Shown piece by piece: positions 15,481-24,171 of a stretch of DNA of 64,000 nucleotides. Under the pieces are notes generated by a model. It was given only the letters and a program-made list of their open reading frames with translations, had not been told where the DNA came from and searched no databases. The translations under genes and the position numbers were made by a program. The DNA comes from Clostridia bacterium (GTDB taxonomy: Bacteria; Bacillota; Clostridia; UMGS1883), in the NCBI GenBank assembly GCA_017440585.1, contig JAFSGW010000008.1:3976-67975 (forward strand), read 5' to 3'. Numbering within the stretch: the stretch's first letter is position 1; each line of letters opens with the position of its first letter.

Positions 15481-17883
15481 ATGAACAGAATCAAACAGTG
15501 CTTTGACCGTGAATGGGACTTTTATGCAGGCGACATTGACGTGCAGTATGCCATTAAAGCAGGCTGTACAGGCGGTGTTACCGTGTGTGACAAGCGTGCT
15601 GACGGTGAATGGCTTGCCATTGCCTACAACGACAAGGAGGTTGACATAAAGCTCGACAAGTCTCTTCTTAAGAAGGTGAACCTTCCTCACGACTGGGTTG
15701 TTGAGGGTAACTTCTCAAAGCGGGAATGGGATGCTCAGGGCTATCTTAAGCAGGGCATCGGCTGCTACAGAAAAGAATTTGACCTGCCCGAGGAATACAA
15801 GGGAAAGGTTGTAAGTATAGAATTTGACGGTGTTTCCAGAAATGCAACAGTATGGGTTAACGGACACCTTATCGGAAGCCACTTCTCCGGCTATTCTTCC
15901 TTCTCTTACGATATTTCCGAGTACCTCAAGTACGGTGAAGAGGGTATAAACTGTATTTTCGTAAAGGTTGAAGCGGACAAGTACGAGGGCTGGTGGTATG
16001 AAGGTGCAGGTATTTACCGTCACACATACCTTACAGTTACGGACAAGCTTCACGTTAAAAAGTGGGGTACATATGTTACAACACCTTCTGTTTCTGATGA
16101 AGAAGCCACAGTTGAGGTTGAAACAACAGTTGTAAACAAGTTTGCAAAGGGCGAAAAGGCTGTGCTTGAAACAACTATTTACGACAAAAACGGTGTTGAA
16201 TGTGCACAGGGCTCTGTGGAGTTTGAAGTGGGCATGCTGGACGAGGCTGTTTTAAAGCAGACCTTTACCGTTAAGAACCCCATGCCCTGGGATATTGAAA
16301 ACCCCAACCTTTACAGCATGGAAACAATTATTATGCAGGACGGCAACGTTATAGATACATACCAGACAACCTTTGGTATAAGAACACTTGCCTTTACAAA
16401 GGAAGGCTTCTTCTTAAACGGCAAGCACGTTGAGGTTAAGGGTACATGTAACCATCAGGATTTTGCAGGCTTAGGCGTTGCACTTCCCGATTCCATTAAC
16501 GAGTTCAAGATTAAGAAGCTCAAGGAAATGGGCTCCAACGCTTACCGCTGTTCACATCATCCGCCTACGCCTGAGCTTTTAGATGCATGTGACCGTCTTG
16601 GTATGCTTGTTATGGATGAAAACAGAAAGCTTGACTGCACAGACCGTGGCGTTGAAGACCTGACAAGCCTTCTTTACCGTGACAGAAACCATCCTTCCGT
16701 ATTTATGTGGTGTCTTGACAACGAAGAGGTTATCTTAGGCACAATAATCGGTAAGAGAATTGAGCAGAGACTTCGTGAAATTACTCACAAGATTGACCCC
16801 ACAAGACCCACAACAGTTGCGATGAACCATGGCTGGAATGAAAACGAATACTGGGAATGCATGGATATTATGGGTTATAACTACGGTCAGAGAAATAATC
16901 AGTACGTTAAGGACCTGGAAAATTATCCCGACAGAATGACAATCTGTACAGAGTCTACCTCAAGTACAACAACACGCGGCATTTACGAGGCAGACGTGGA
17001 GAAGGGTTACTGCACTTCCTACGAAACAAACCTTGCTTCCTGGTGCTGTACTCATGAACGCAGCTGGATGGATTATAAGAATAATCCCCGTCTTACAGGT
17101 ATTTTTGTATGGACAGGCTTTGACTATCGTGGTGAACCCACACCCTATGCATGGCCCTGCATTAACTCGCACTTTGGTATTATGGACACCTGCGGTCTTC
17201 CCAAGGATGGCTATTTCTACTACAAGGCTATGTGGCGTGATGAACCCAGTATTCACTTTATGCCCCATTGGGACCTTAAGGAAGAGGGCGAGGATGTTTG
17301 TGTAAGAGTGGTTACAAACTGTGAAACAGTTGAGCTTGTGCTTAACGGCAAATCCTTAGGCGAAAAGGAAATGGTTAAGTATGCTCACGTTGATTTTGAC
17401 GTGAAGTACGAAGCGGGCGAAATTAAGGCTATAGGTAAAAACGGTGGTGTTGCTGTTTGCGAATGTGTGAGAAGAACAAGCGGACACGCTTACAAGGTAG
17501 TGCTTGAACCCGACAGACAGACAATTAAAGCTGACGGCTGTGATGCAGTTGTTGTTTACGCTAAGATTTACGATGAAAAGGGCGATGTTGTGTCCTTTGC
17601 AGATAATGAGGTAAGATTCCGTGTGGAAGGTGCGGCTAACATTATAGGTGTTGGCAACGGTGACCCCTCAAGCTTAGAGCCTGACAAGGCTACACCTCTT
17701 AAGGACTTCCGCGGAAGACCCATTACTCTTGAGGCTTATAACCATGACAAGCAGAACAAGAGAAGAGCCTTCAACGGTGCTTGTATGGTAATTCTGCAGT
17801 CTGACGGCAATGCAGGGGAGGTTAAGCTCACTGCTAAGGCTAACGGATTGGTAAGTGACACAATTACAATAGTGGCTGAATAA
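15481..17883 (+). CDS. glycoside hydrolase family 2 (beta-galactosidase/beta-glucuronidase-like)
   Basis: GH2 sugar-binding, Ig-like and TIM-barrel regions (WVNGHLIGSHFSGYSSFSYDISEYL, NAYRCSHHPPTPELLDACDRLGMLVMDE). RBS AAGGGGGA. Confidence 0.85.
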   Translation: MNRIKQCFDREWDFYAGDIDVQYAIKAGCTGGVTVCDKRADGEWLAIAYNDKEVDIKLDKSLLKKVNLPHDWVVEGNFSKREWDAQGYLKQGIGCYRKEFDLPEEYKGKVVSIEFDGVSRNATVWVNGHLIGSHFSGYSSFSYDISEYLKYGEEGINCIFVKVEADKYEGWWYEGAGIYRHTYLTVTDKLHVKKWGTYVTTPSVSDEEATVEVETTVVNKFAKGEKAVLETTIYDKNGVECAQGSVEFEVGMLDEAVLKQTFTVKNPMPWDIENPNLYSMETIIMQDGNVIDTYQTTFGIRTLAFTKEGFFLNGKHVEVKGTCNHQDFAGLGVALPDSINEFKIKKLKEMGSNAYRCSHHPPTPELLDACDRLGMLVMDENRKLDCTDRGVEDLTSLLYRDRNHPSVFMWCLDNEEVILGTIIGKRIEQRLREITHKIDPTRPTTVAMNHGWNENEYWECMDIMGYNYGQRNNQYVKDLENYPDRMTICTESTSSTTTRGIYEADVEKGYCTSYETNLASWCCTHERSWMDYKNNPRLTGIFVWTGFDYRGEPTPYAWPCINSHFGIMDTCGLPKDGYFYYKAMWRDEPSIHFMPHWDLKEEGEDVCVRVVTNCETVELVLNGKSLGEKEMVKYAHVDFDVKYEAGEIKAIGKNGGVAVCECVRRTSGHAYKVVLEPDRQTIKADGCDAVVVYAKIYDEKGDVVSFADNEVRFRVEGAANIIGVGNGDPSSLEPDKATPLKDFRGRPITLEAYNHDKQNKRRAFNGACMVILQSDGNAGEVKLTAKANGLVSDTITIVAE

Positions 17884-17966
17884 ACAGGGCTGTTGCTTTT
17901 AGCGCAGACCGTTCAAAGGCAATGAATGTAGAATTTGTGGTGGTTTAAAAATATTTTATAGAGGTA

Positions 17967-17997
17967 GAGGAACGCAATGCTTTGCGTTCCTCTTTTC
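17967..17997 (+). terminator. rho-independent terminator after the GH2 gene
   Basis: GAGGAACGCAATGCTTTGCGTTCCTC followed by TTTTC. Confidence 0.75.
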
Positions 17998-18137
17998 AAT
18001 ATATGCCTTTGAACTACGAACCAAACTCACCGCTCGGCGTACCTTTGTACGCCGTCGGGCAACGGTCAACCGCAGGACGGACGCTGCGGTTTCCTGAGTT
18101 TGATTCATTCTGCATCTAAATTCAATCAGCCCAATGG

Positions 18138-18176
18138 AAAAGCGAGTATTGTGTTGAACAATACTCGCTTTTTTAT
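18138..18176 (+). terminator. hairpin + T6; plus-strand terminator, possibly bidirectional and also serving the convergent peptidase gene
   Basis: AAAAGCGAGTATTG-TGTTGAA-CAATACTCGCTTTTTT. Confidence 0.6.
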
Positions 18177-19144
18177 TATATGAAGCTTTTAGCTGACTTT
18201 AAGCCGTAAGCCGGGTCAGCATTTAAAACTGCATTGTTTATTGCCTTTGCCGTAACGTAGGAGGCAAGAGAGCCTAAAATGTCCTGATTGAAGTCGATAT
18301 TTCCCACACTGAGGGCATACATGCTGTCACCGTCCATTGAGGTGTTAACGGGGCGGATTGTGCGGACAATGCCGTTTGATGCCATTCGGGAGAGCTTATT
18401 TGCCTGAGCTTTGTCCATTTTTGCATTTGTTATTACTGCACCGATGGTGGTATTCTGAGGCGATGCTGCAGCTAACTGCATCATTTTAAAAATTTCCTCC
18501 TCGCTTGAAACCATAGCGGTTTTATCATAGGAGAGAAGCCCTGCAAGCTCCTTTTTACTGTCAACCTCATACACATCGCCAATAGCATTTACAATAACTA
18601 TTGCACCTATTTTAACACCGTTTATTTCAACTGCATAAGAGCCTAAGCCTGATTTCATGCTTCGCTCGGGTCCCATGAACTTGCCGACGGTTGCACCCGT
18701 ACCGCCACCCACGTTACCTTGCTTTTCTATGTTCTTTTCACTGTCAAGGCATGCTTCATAGCCCATGGAAGCATCGGGGCGTACAGTGGGACTCTGGCAG
18801 GAAAGGTCAAAAATACAGCTGCCGGGCACAATGGGCACAACAACGGGACCCACCGCTACGCCTTTGCCCTTTTCCTCAAGATATTTCATTACACCGCCTG
18901 CAGCATCCAACCCATAGGCACTGCCGCCACCTAAAAGGAGGGCGTTTATGCCATCGTTACTCATGTTTGTGTTAAGAAGCTCTGTTTCACGGCTTGCAGG
19001 ACCGCCACCGCGGATATCAACGCCGCAGATTGCCTTTTCCTCACAGATGATAACAGAGCATCCCGTGGCATTTTCCGCATCCTGAGCATGACCAATTCTG
19101 ATGCCTTCGATACTGTTTAAGCTGATTTCCTTTAAAAATTCCAT
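18176..19144 (-). CDS. P1/S58 family peptidase (DmpA/L-aminopeptidase-like)
   Basis: Family-typical Gly-rich segments (GVDIRGGGPASRETELL, GGGTGATVGK). Start at the internal ATG 19144 preceded by GGAGGTG. Confidence 0.75.
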   Translation of the reverse strand: MEFLKEISLNSIEGIRIGHAQDAENATGCSVIICEEKAICGVDIRGGGPASRETELLNTNMSNDGINALLLGGGSAYGLDAAGGVMKYLEEKGKGVAVGPVVVPIVPGSCIFDLSCQSPTVRPDASMGYEACLDSEKNIEKQGNVGGGTGATVGKFMGPERSMKSGLGSYAVEINGVKIGAIVIVNAIGDVYEVDSKKELAGLLSYDKTAMVSSEEEIFKMMQLAAASPQNTTIGAVITNAKMDKAQANKLSRMASNGIVRTIRPVNTSMDGDSMYALSVGNIDFNQDILGSLASYVTAKAINNAVLNADPAYGLKSAKSFI

Positions 19145-19231
19145 ACTGACACCTCCATAGGTTGAGTTTATCATATTTTCGTTGATAAAACAATGTGAAT
19201 GTGATAAAATTATATAAAAGGCGGTGATTGA

Positions 19232-21055
19232 GTGTTTGAGGATAAAATAAAAAAACTGCCTTCCTCTCCGGGCGTTTACATTATGAAAAACAAGGACGGC
19301 AAAATTATATATATAGGCAAGGCGAAGATACTTAAAAACAGAGTTAAGCAGTACTTTATGGCATCTTCAAACCATACGCCTAAGGTAAAAGCCATGGTCA
19401 GTAACATTCATGACTTTGACTACATCCTCTGCGACAGCGAGATGGAGGCTTTGGTTTTAGAGTGCAACCTTATAAAGGAGCACACGCCCAAATATAACAT
19501 TCTTTTAAAGGACGGCAAGCATTACCCTTATATAAAGCTTACATTGAATGAAGAGTACCCGAAAATGCTTTTCGTGAGGCGTATTGACCATGACGGGGCA
19601 AAATACTTCGGACCTTATCCCACGGGCTTTGGCATAAATGAAACCTTTGACATAGTTAAGGAGGCTTTTAAAATTGCTCACTGTAAAAAAAGCTTCCCCC
19701 GTGACATAGGCCGCGAAAGACCCTGCCTTTATCACGCCATGGGAAGATGTGTTGCACCCTGCAGCGGAAAGGTTACAAGCGGGGAATACAAGGGCATTTT
19801 CCGTGAGATTGACAAGTTTTTGTCGGGCAGTGACAAGGATTTGATAGACAAGCTCACAAAGGAAATGCGTGATGCGGCAGATAATTTTGAGTTTGAAAAG
19901 GCGGCACTTTGCCGTGACAAGATAGAAGCCCTCAAAAACTTAAGCGAAAAGCAAAAGGTTTTAAATGCAAGGGACGAGGATATGGATGTTTTAGCTGTAT
20001 GTGTTGAGGACATATTGGCTTCTGTGGAGCTTTTCACTATAAGAGGCGGAAAGCTTATAGGCTCACATTCCTTCGACATAAAGGGCGAGGGCACATTGGA
20101 CGAGAGAGAGGTTTTGTCGGATTTTGCTGACCAGTACTACACGGGGGACGTGTACGTGCCTAAAACCGTTTACCTTTCCCATGAAATTGAATTTGAAGAT
20201 GCTCTGGCAACTCTTCTTACAGAAAAGCGGGGCAACAAGGTGAGTGTTCTGGTGCCCAAAATAGGCGAAAGAAAAAAGATTGTGGAAATGGCACAGAAGA
20301 ATGCACGCCACAACATTGAGAAAATGAAAACTGCGGAGATTAAGGAAAAAATGAAGATGAATTCCTTGATTGAGCTTGCAGAGGCTTTGAAATTAGAGGT
20401 TATACCTGACAGAATTGAAAGCTATGATATTTCCCACACGGCAGGCGAGGAAAACGTTGCGGCAATGGCTGTTTTTAAAAACGGCAAGCCCAGCAAACGC
20501 GATTACAGAATATTCAAGATAAATACCGTTAAGGGGGCAGACGATATTGCATCCTTGAGAGAGACCCTTTTAAGGCGTTTTACCCACGAGGAGAGGGAGG
20601 GTGACGGAAAATTCAGTGAGCTTCCTGACCTTATTTTAATGGACGGCGGTATTGCACAGCTTAACTGTGCCCGTGAGGTTATAGATACCTTAGCTCTTGA
20701 TATCCCCGTTTTTGGCATGGTTAAGGATGACAAGCACCGCACCCGTGGTGTTGTGAGCGAGGCGGGTGAGGTGTACCTTAAGCCTACGGGCGGTGCAATA
20801 AGGCTTGTGACCTACATTCAGGATGAGGTTCACAAAACTGCTGTTGAATACCACCGCAAAAGGCGTGAAAAGAAAATGCTGGGAAGCGAGCTGGAAAAAA
20901 TTGAAGGCGTGGGCGAAGGCAAAAGAAAGGCACTGATGCTTTACTTCAGAAGCATTGACAAAATCAAAAATGCCTCAATTAAGGAACTTTGTATGGTTAA
21001 AGGAATAAGCGAAAGAATTGCAAAAAACATATATGAATACTTCAGAAATGAGTAA
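19232..21055 (+). CDS. uvrC: excinuclease ABC subunit C
   Basis: N-terminal GIY-YIG (PGVYIMKNKDGKIIYIGKAKILKNRVKQYF), UvrC homology region and C-terminal HhH. GTG start after AGGCGGTG. Confidence 0.9.
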   Translation: MFEDKIKKLPSSPGVYIMKNKDGKIIYIGKAKILKNRVKQYFMASSNHTPKVKAMVSNIHDFDYILCDSEMEALVLECNLIKEHTPKYNILLKDGKHYPYIKLTLNEEYPKMLFVRRIDHDGAKYFGPYPTGFGINETFDIVKEAFKIAHCKKSFPRDIGRERPCLYHAMGRCVAPCSGKVTSGEYKGIFREIDKFLSGSDKDLIDKLTKEMRDAADNFEFEKAALCRDKIEALKNLSEKQKVLNARDEDMDVLAVCVEDILASVELFTIRGGKLIGSHSFDIKGEGTLDEREVLSDFADQYYTGDVYVPKTVYLSHEIEFEDALATLLTEKRGNKVSVLVPKIGERKKIVEMAQKNARHNIEKMKTAEIKEKMKMNSLIELAEALKLEVIPDRIESYDISHTAGEENVAAMAVFKNGKPSKRDYRIFKINTVKGADDIASLRETLLRRFTHEEREGDGKFSELPDLILMDGGIAQLNCAREVIDTLALDIPVFGMVKDDKHRTRGVVSEAGEVYLKPTGGAIRLVTYIQDEVHKTAVEYHRKRREKKMLGSELEKIEGVGEGKRKALMLYFRSIDKIKNASIKELCMVKGISERIAKNIYEYFRNE

Positions 21056-21147
21056 AATATGAAACTTTGCGAAAATTCTTGATTATTCGGGAAATATGAT
21101 GTATAATAAATATGTATGCCAATAAACTATGATAGGTGGAGGCTGTT

Positions 21148-21825
21148 ATGAGTACATTAACCCAAAAAGAAGTAGAAATGCTTCGTGATGATTTAAAAAC
21201 AAATTATTTGAAAAAGAAGCGTATTTACTGGAATTTCAAGAGAGCCTTTGATATATGTGCCAGCCTTGCAGCCATTATTGTGCTGTTTGTTCCGCTGTGT
21301 ATTGTGGCACTTCTTATATATATTGACGACCCTCACGGAAGCCCTATTTTTACCCAGGACAGAGTAGGCAGGGACGGAAAGGTGTTTAAATTTTACAAGT
21401 TCCGTTCAATGGTTGTGAATGCGGAGGCACTCCTTGAGTCGCTTCAGGAGCAGAACGAAAAGACAGGTCCTGTTTTTAAAATTAAAGAGGATCCGAGAGT
21501 TACCCGAATAGGCAGGTTTATAAGAAAAACCAGTATTGATGAACTGCCGCAGCTTTTAAACATTCTTAAGGGTGATATGAGCGTTGTAGGCCCGAGACCG
21601 GCTCTTCCCAAAGAGGTGGAGCAGTATGACGATTATGCAAAACTACGCCTTCTTATTACTCCGGGGCTTACCTGCTACTGGCAGGTACAGAATAACCGTG
21701 ATGAGATAACCTTTGATGAATGGATGGACATGGATATTCAGTACATAAAGGAACGTACCTTCTTCGGTGATATGAAGCTTATTTTTAAGACATTGAAGGT
21801 TGCGGTAACAGGACAGGGAACATAA
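21148..21825 (+). CDS. bacterial sugar transferase (undecaprenyl-phosphate hexose-1-phosphate transferase family)
   Basis: N-terminal TM followed by the conserved C-terminal bacterial sugar transferase segment (PRPALPKEVEQYD...LTCYWQV). ATG 21148 follows TAGGTGGAGG. Confidence 0.8.
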   Translation: MSTLTQKEVEMLRDDLKTNYLKKKRIYWNFKRAFDICASLAAIIVLFVPLCIVALLIYIDDPHGSPIFTQDRVGRDGKVFKFYKFRSMVVNAEALLESLQEQNEKTGPVFKIKEDPRVTRIGRFIRKTSIDELPQLLNILKGDMSVVGPRPALPKEVEQYDDYAKLRLLITPGLTCYWQVQNNRDEITFDEWMDMDIQYIKERTFFGDMKLIFKTLKVAVTGQGT

Positions 21826-21877
21826 TAAATAAAGCGTGTCGGGACCGACACGCTTTAGCTTTAAAAAGGGTGAAGTT

Positions 21878-22588
21878 ATGAAAAAAAGTAAACTTATGAT
21901 TGCTTTGCTGGCTGTGCTTATGCTGTTTACGGCATGTAATAAGGCGGAGGATGAAATGACCGATTACGTTATGAATATATCTACCTTCATTACAATTGAC
22001 GGAGGCGGCGACACAAAGCAGAGTGCAATTGAACAGACACTTAAGGTTAACAATAAAGGCAGTGAGGATATGCTTTACCTGGTTGAAACAACTGCCACCT
22101 CTACCGATATGCTTTCCGGCAAGGTTGTGAGCGAGGAAAACAGTTATATATATTATGACAACACCTACTACTATACCTACCCCGGGGTGAGATACAAGAG
22201 CCCTGCAGATTATAAGCTGGCACTTGACAATATTGAAAACCTTACCCGTGTTATAACCTTTTCGGAAAAAGAAATGGTTAATGCGGAGTGGACAGAGAGC
22301 GGTGAAGAGAAAAGGGTGGATTACCAGGTGGAATATGAGGATGCTTCTCCCTTTGTGAAGGGCATACTTGAAAATGCAGCGGCAACCTTTGACGGTGTTA
22401 AGTTTTCCATGACGGAATTAAGTGCCTCGGCAACCTTTAAGGAGGATGAGGCTACCTCCCGTGAAATGTTCATATGCTACGATGGGGATAACGGAGAAAC
22501 CATTTCCGTGGAAATTTATACAAGCTATGGCGAAGCTGAAGTGCTTGAAGCACCCGATGAAAGTAAATATGTGAATATTATAAAATAA
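21878..22588 (+). CDS. hypothetical lipoprotein
   Basis: MKKSKLMIALLAVLMLFTAC provides a lipobox. No recognised domains. Confidence 0.6.
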   Translation: MKKSKLMIALLAVLMLFTACNKAEDEMTDYVMNISTFITIDGGGDTKQSAIEQTLKVNNKGSEDMLYLVETTATSTDMLSGKVVSEENSYIYYDNTYYYTYPGVRYKSPADYKLALDNIENLTRVITFSEKEMVNAEWTESGEEKRVDYQVEYEDASPFVKGILENAAATFDGVKFSMTELSASATFKEDEATSREMFICYDGDNGETISVEIYTSYGEAEVLEAPDESKYVNIIK

Positions 22589-22616
22589 AAGAGGGCACAG
22601 CCCTCTTTTATTTTAT
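22587..22616. terminator. bidirectional terminator between the lipoprotein gene and lexA
   Basis: AAAGAGGGC-ACAG-CCCTCTTT flanked by A/T runs on both sides. Confidence 0.7.
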
Positions 22617-23233
22617 AATATTCTATACACGCCTATAACCTTGCCTATAATTGCCACAGAATCCACAATGATGGGCTCTAAAGCATCGTTCTCGGGCTGA
22701 AGGCGGAAATGACCGTTTTCCTTATAAAAGGTTTTTACCGTTGCCGAGTCTTCAATTAAAGCGGCAACAATATCGCCGTTGTTTGCAACATTCTGGCTTT
22801 TTACAATTACAAAGTCACCATCTAAAATACCTGCATTTATCATGCTTTCGCCACGTATTTTAAGCATGAACACATCACTGCCACGGGCAAAATCACTTGG
22901 AAGGGGGAACATACGCTCGATATTTTCCTCCGCCAAAATGGGGCTGCCTGCACTTATCTGACCGATAACGGGCACGGAAAGGATAGAGTCGTCTGCTTCG
23001 GTAACTTGTGCCACATTATTACGGGCAGAAACGCGCACACTTCTTGAGGAGGCGGCATCCTTCTCAAGAAGCCCTGCCTTCTGCAGGCGGGAGATGTAGC
23101 CGTGAACCGTTGAGGGGGAATTGAGCCCTACTGCTGCACAGATTTCCCTCACCGTGGGAGGGTAGCCCTTTTCACGGGAATGCTCTTCTATAAAATTTAA
23201 AATTTGCTGTTGTTTACCTAAATTAGCTGCCAT
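22613..23233 (-). CDS. lexA: LexA repressor (S24 peptidase)
   Basis: N-terminal wHTH (GYPPTVREICAAVGL) and C-terminal S24 domain with the catalytic Ser in GESMINAGI and the Lys in DFVIVKSQ. RBS GGAGG. Confidence 0.9.
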   Translation of the reverse strand: MAANLGKQQQILNFIEEHSREKGYPPTVREICAAVGLNSPSTVHGYISRLQKAGLLEKDAASSRSVRVSARNNVAQVTEADDSILSVPVIGQISAGSPILAEENIERMFPLPSDFARGSDVFMLKIRGESMINAGILDGDFVIVKSQNVANNGDIVAALIEDSATVKTFYKENGHFRLQPENDALEPIIVDSVAIIGKVIGVYRIL

Positions 23234-23289
23234 AGTTTCGCCTCCGATAGCTTATTACAATATGAGTATAACACAGAAAAAAACAAAAT

Positions 23290-23379
23290 GCAAACATTTG
23301 TTCGAAAAATTTGTAAAAAAATATTGACATCGAACAAATGTTCTGCTATAGTAAGGGTAGAAAACACGAACACTTGTTC
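23290..23379. promoter_or_regulatory. three LexA (Cheo-type GAAC-N4-GTTC) boxes in the lexA/yneA-like divergent region
   Basis: Box 1 CAAACATTTGTTCG (~23290) is imperfect. Box 2 CGAACAAATGTTCT (~23330) and box 3 CGAACACTTGTTCG (~23366) are perfect. Box 2 lies in the spacer of the TTGACA-17-TATAGT promoter. Confidence 0.8.
23323..23351 (+). promoter_or_regulatory. SOS-regulated promoter TTGACA-17-TATAGT for the yneA-like gene
   Basis: Consensus hexamers with a LexA box inside the spacer. Confidence 0.65.
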
Positions 23380-23395
23380 GAAGAGAGGCGGAATT

Positions 23396-23791
23396 ATGAT
23401 GACAGAAGCTAAATATATAGGCAGAATTTCTCCCATACTTGCAGATGACTGGATGGACAATGTTCCTTCTTACCATTCTTATATTGAATTTCACAACAAA
23501 AGAAAGGCGGCAAAAAAGCAGCTTAAAAGGGAAAGAATGCTGTTTTTCACTGTTTGTGCAATTCTTGTTTGTATGTGCATGTCTTACTTCACAATAAGAC
23601 CTGAAAGCCGTGAAACATATACAGATTGCCCCACTCATGCAGTTATGTACGGCGACACACTCTGGAGCATTGCAAACGAATACAAGAGCGACGATATGTC
23701 CACAGGCGAATTTGTATATATGATAAAAAAGGCAAACAACCTTTCTACATCTGAAATTTCTGCAGGGGATGTGCTTGTTATTCCTGTGTAA
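23396..23791 (+). CDS. YneA-like SOS-induced cell-division inhibitor (TM + LysM domain)
   Basis: Internal start MMTEAK. TM segment MLFFTVCAILVCMCMSYFTI and C-terminal LysM (YGDTLWSIANEY...GDVLVIPV). Divergent from lexA across the Cheo boxes, as for B. subtilis yneA. Confidence 0.7.
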   Translation: MMTEAKYIGRISPILADDWMDNVPSYHSYIEFHNKRKAAKKQLKRERMLFFTVCAILVCMCMSYFTIRPESRETYTDCPTHAVMYGDTLWSIANEYKSDDMSTGEFVYMIKKANNLSTSEISAGDVLVIPV

Positions 23792-24171
23792 AAAAGAATA
23801 AAAAATTATATATTGGCAATGCTTTTAGTAAAAGGCGACAACTTAAGGCGAGGAGAGTTGAACCCCATATGCCTTTTTCGTGGTAAAATGGTGTCTTTTC
23901 GGCTTGTCGATTTTGAAAGGCGACAGCCTATCGGCAATCTCCGCACCAAAAATCCATCAATTTTGCCTACGAAAAAGGTCGCAGAGTTTTAATCGTGCAA
24001 ATTTTATGTCAGAGCGTGCCACAAGAGGAACCCATACTTGATGTTTTGGTGAGCATTTTGGTGTACTATGGCTTCAGATTTGCCGACTAAAACCATATTT
24101 GGTTCGACTCCCCTCACCTAAAAAGAGATTCGTTATGAATCTCTTTTGTCGTATAAAAAAGAGGGGTTTTT
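23792..24171 (+). other. ORF-free 380-nt structured region; an intrinsic terminator (24124..24150) abuts the RBS of the ABC transporter gene
   Basis: No ORF of 60 aa or more. Internal direct repeat AAAGGCGACA(A/G)C at ~23822 and ~23902. tRNA T-arm-like GGTTCGACTCC at ~24100. Hairpin AGAGATTCGTTATGAATCTCT plus TTTTG sits only ~20 nt before the ATG at 24172. Confidence 0.5.

Noticed and set aside
15481-17883. Naming the GH2 enzyme lacZ or uidA
   Set aside because: Family membership is clear, but substrate specificity (beta-galactosidase, beta-glucuronidase or beta-mannosidase) cannot be decided from the sequence by eye.
24061-24112. Purine riboswitch resemblance (TATGG ... CCGACTAAAACCATA)
   Set aside because: Only a 5-bp P1-like pairing with ~21 nt between the arms, far too short to hold the P2/P3 aptamer arms.
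23792-24171. tmRNA (ssrA) or a tRNA gene, suggested by GGTTCGACTCC at ~24100 and a 350-nt ORF-free span
   Set aside because: The flanking bases cannot form a T-stem. No 7-bp acceptor pairing with any upstream 5' end exists, and there is no GGGG...TTCGAC 5' motif. No tag-peptide reading frame ending in ...LAA-stop is present. The context (not next to smpB) is wrong. The RNase P, SRP and 6S conserved blocks are also absent.
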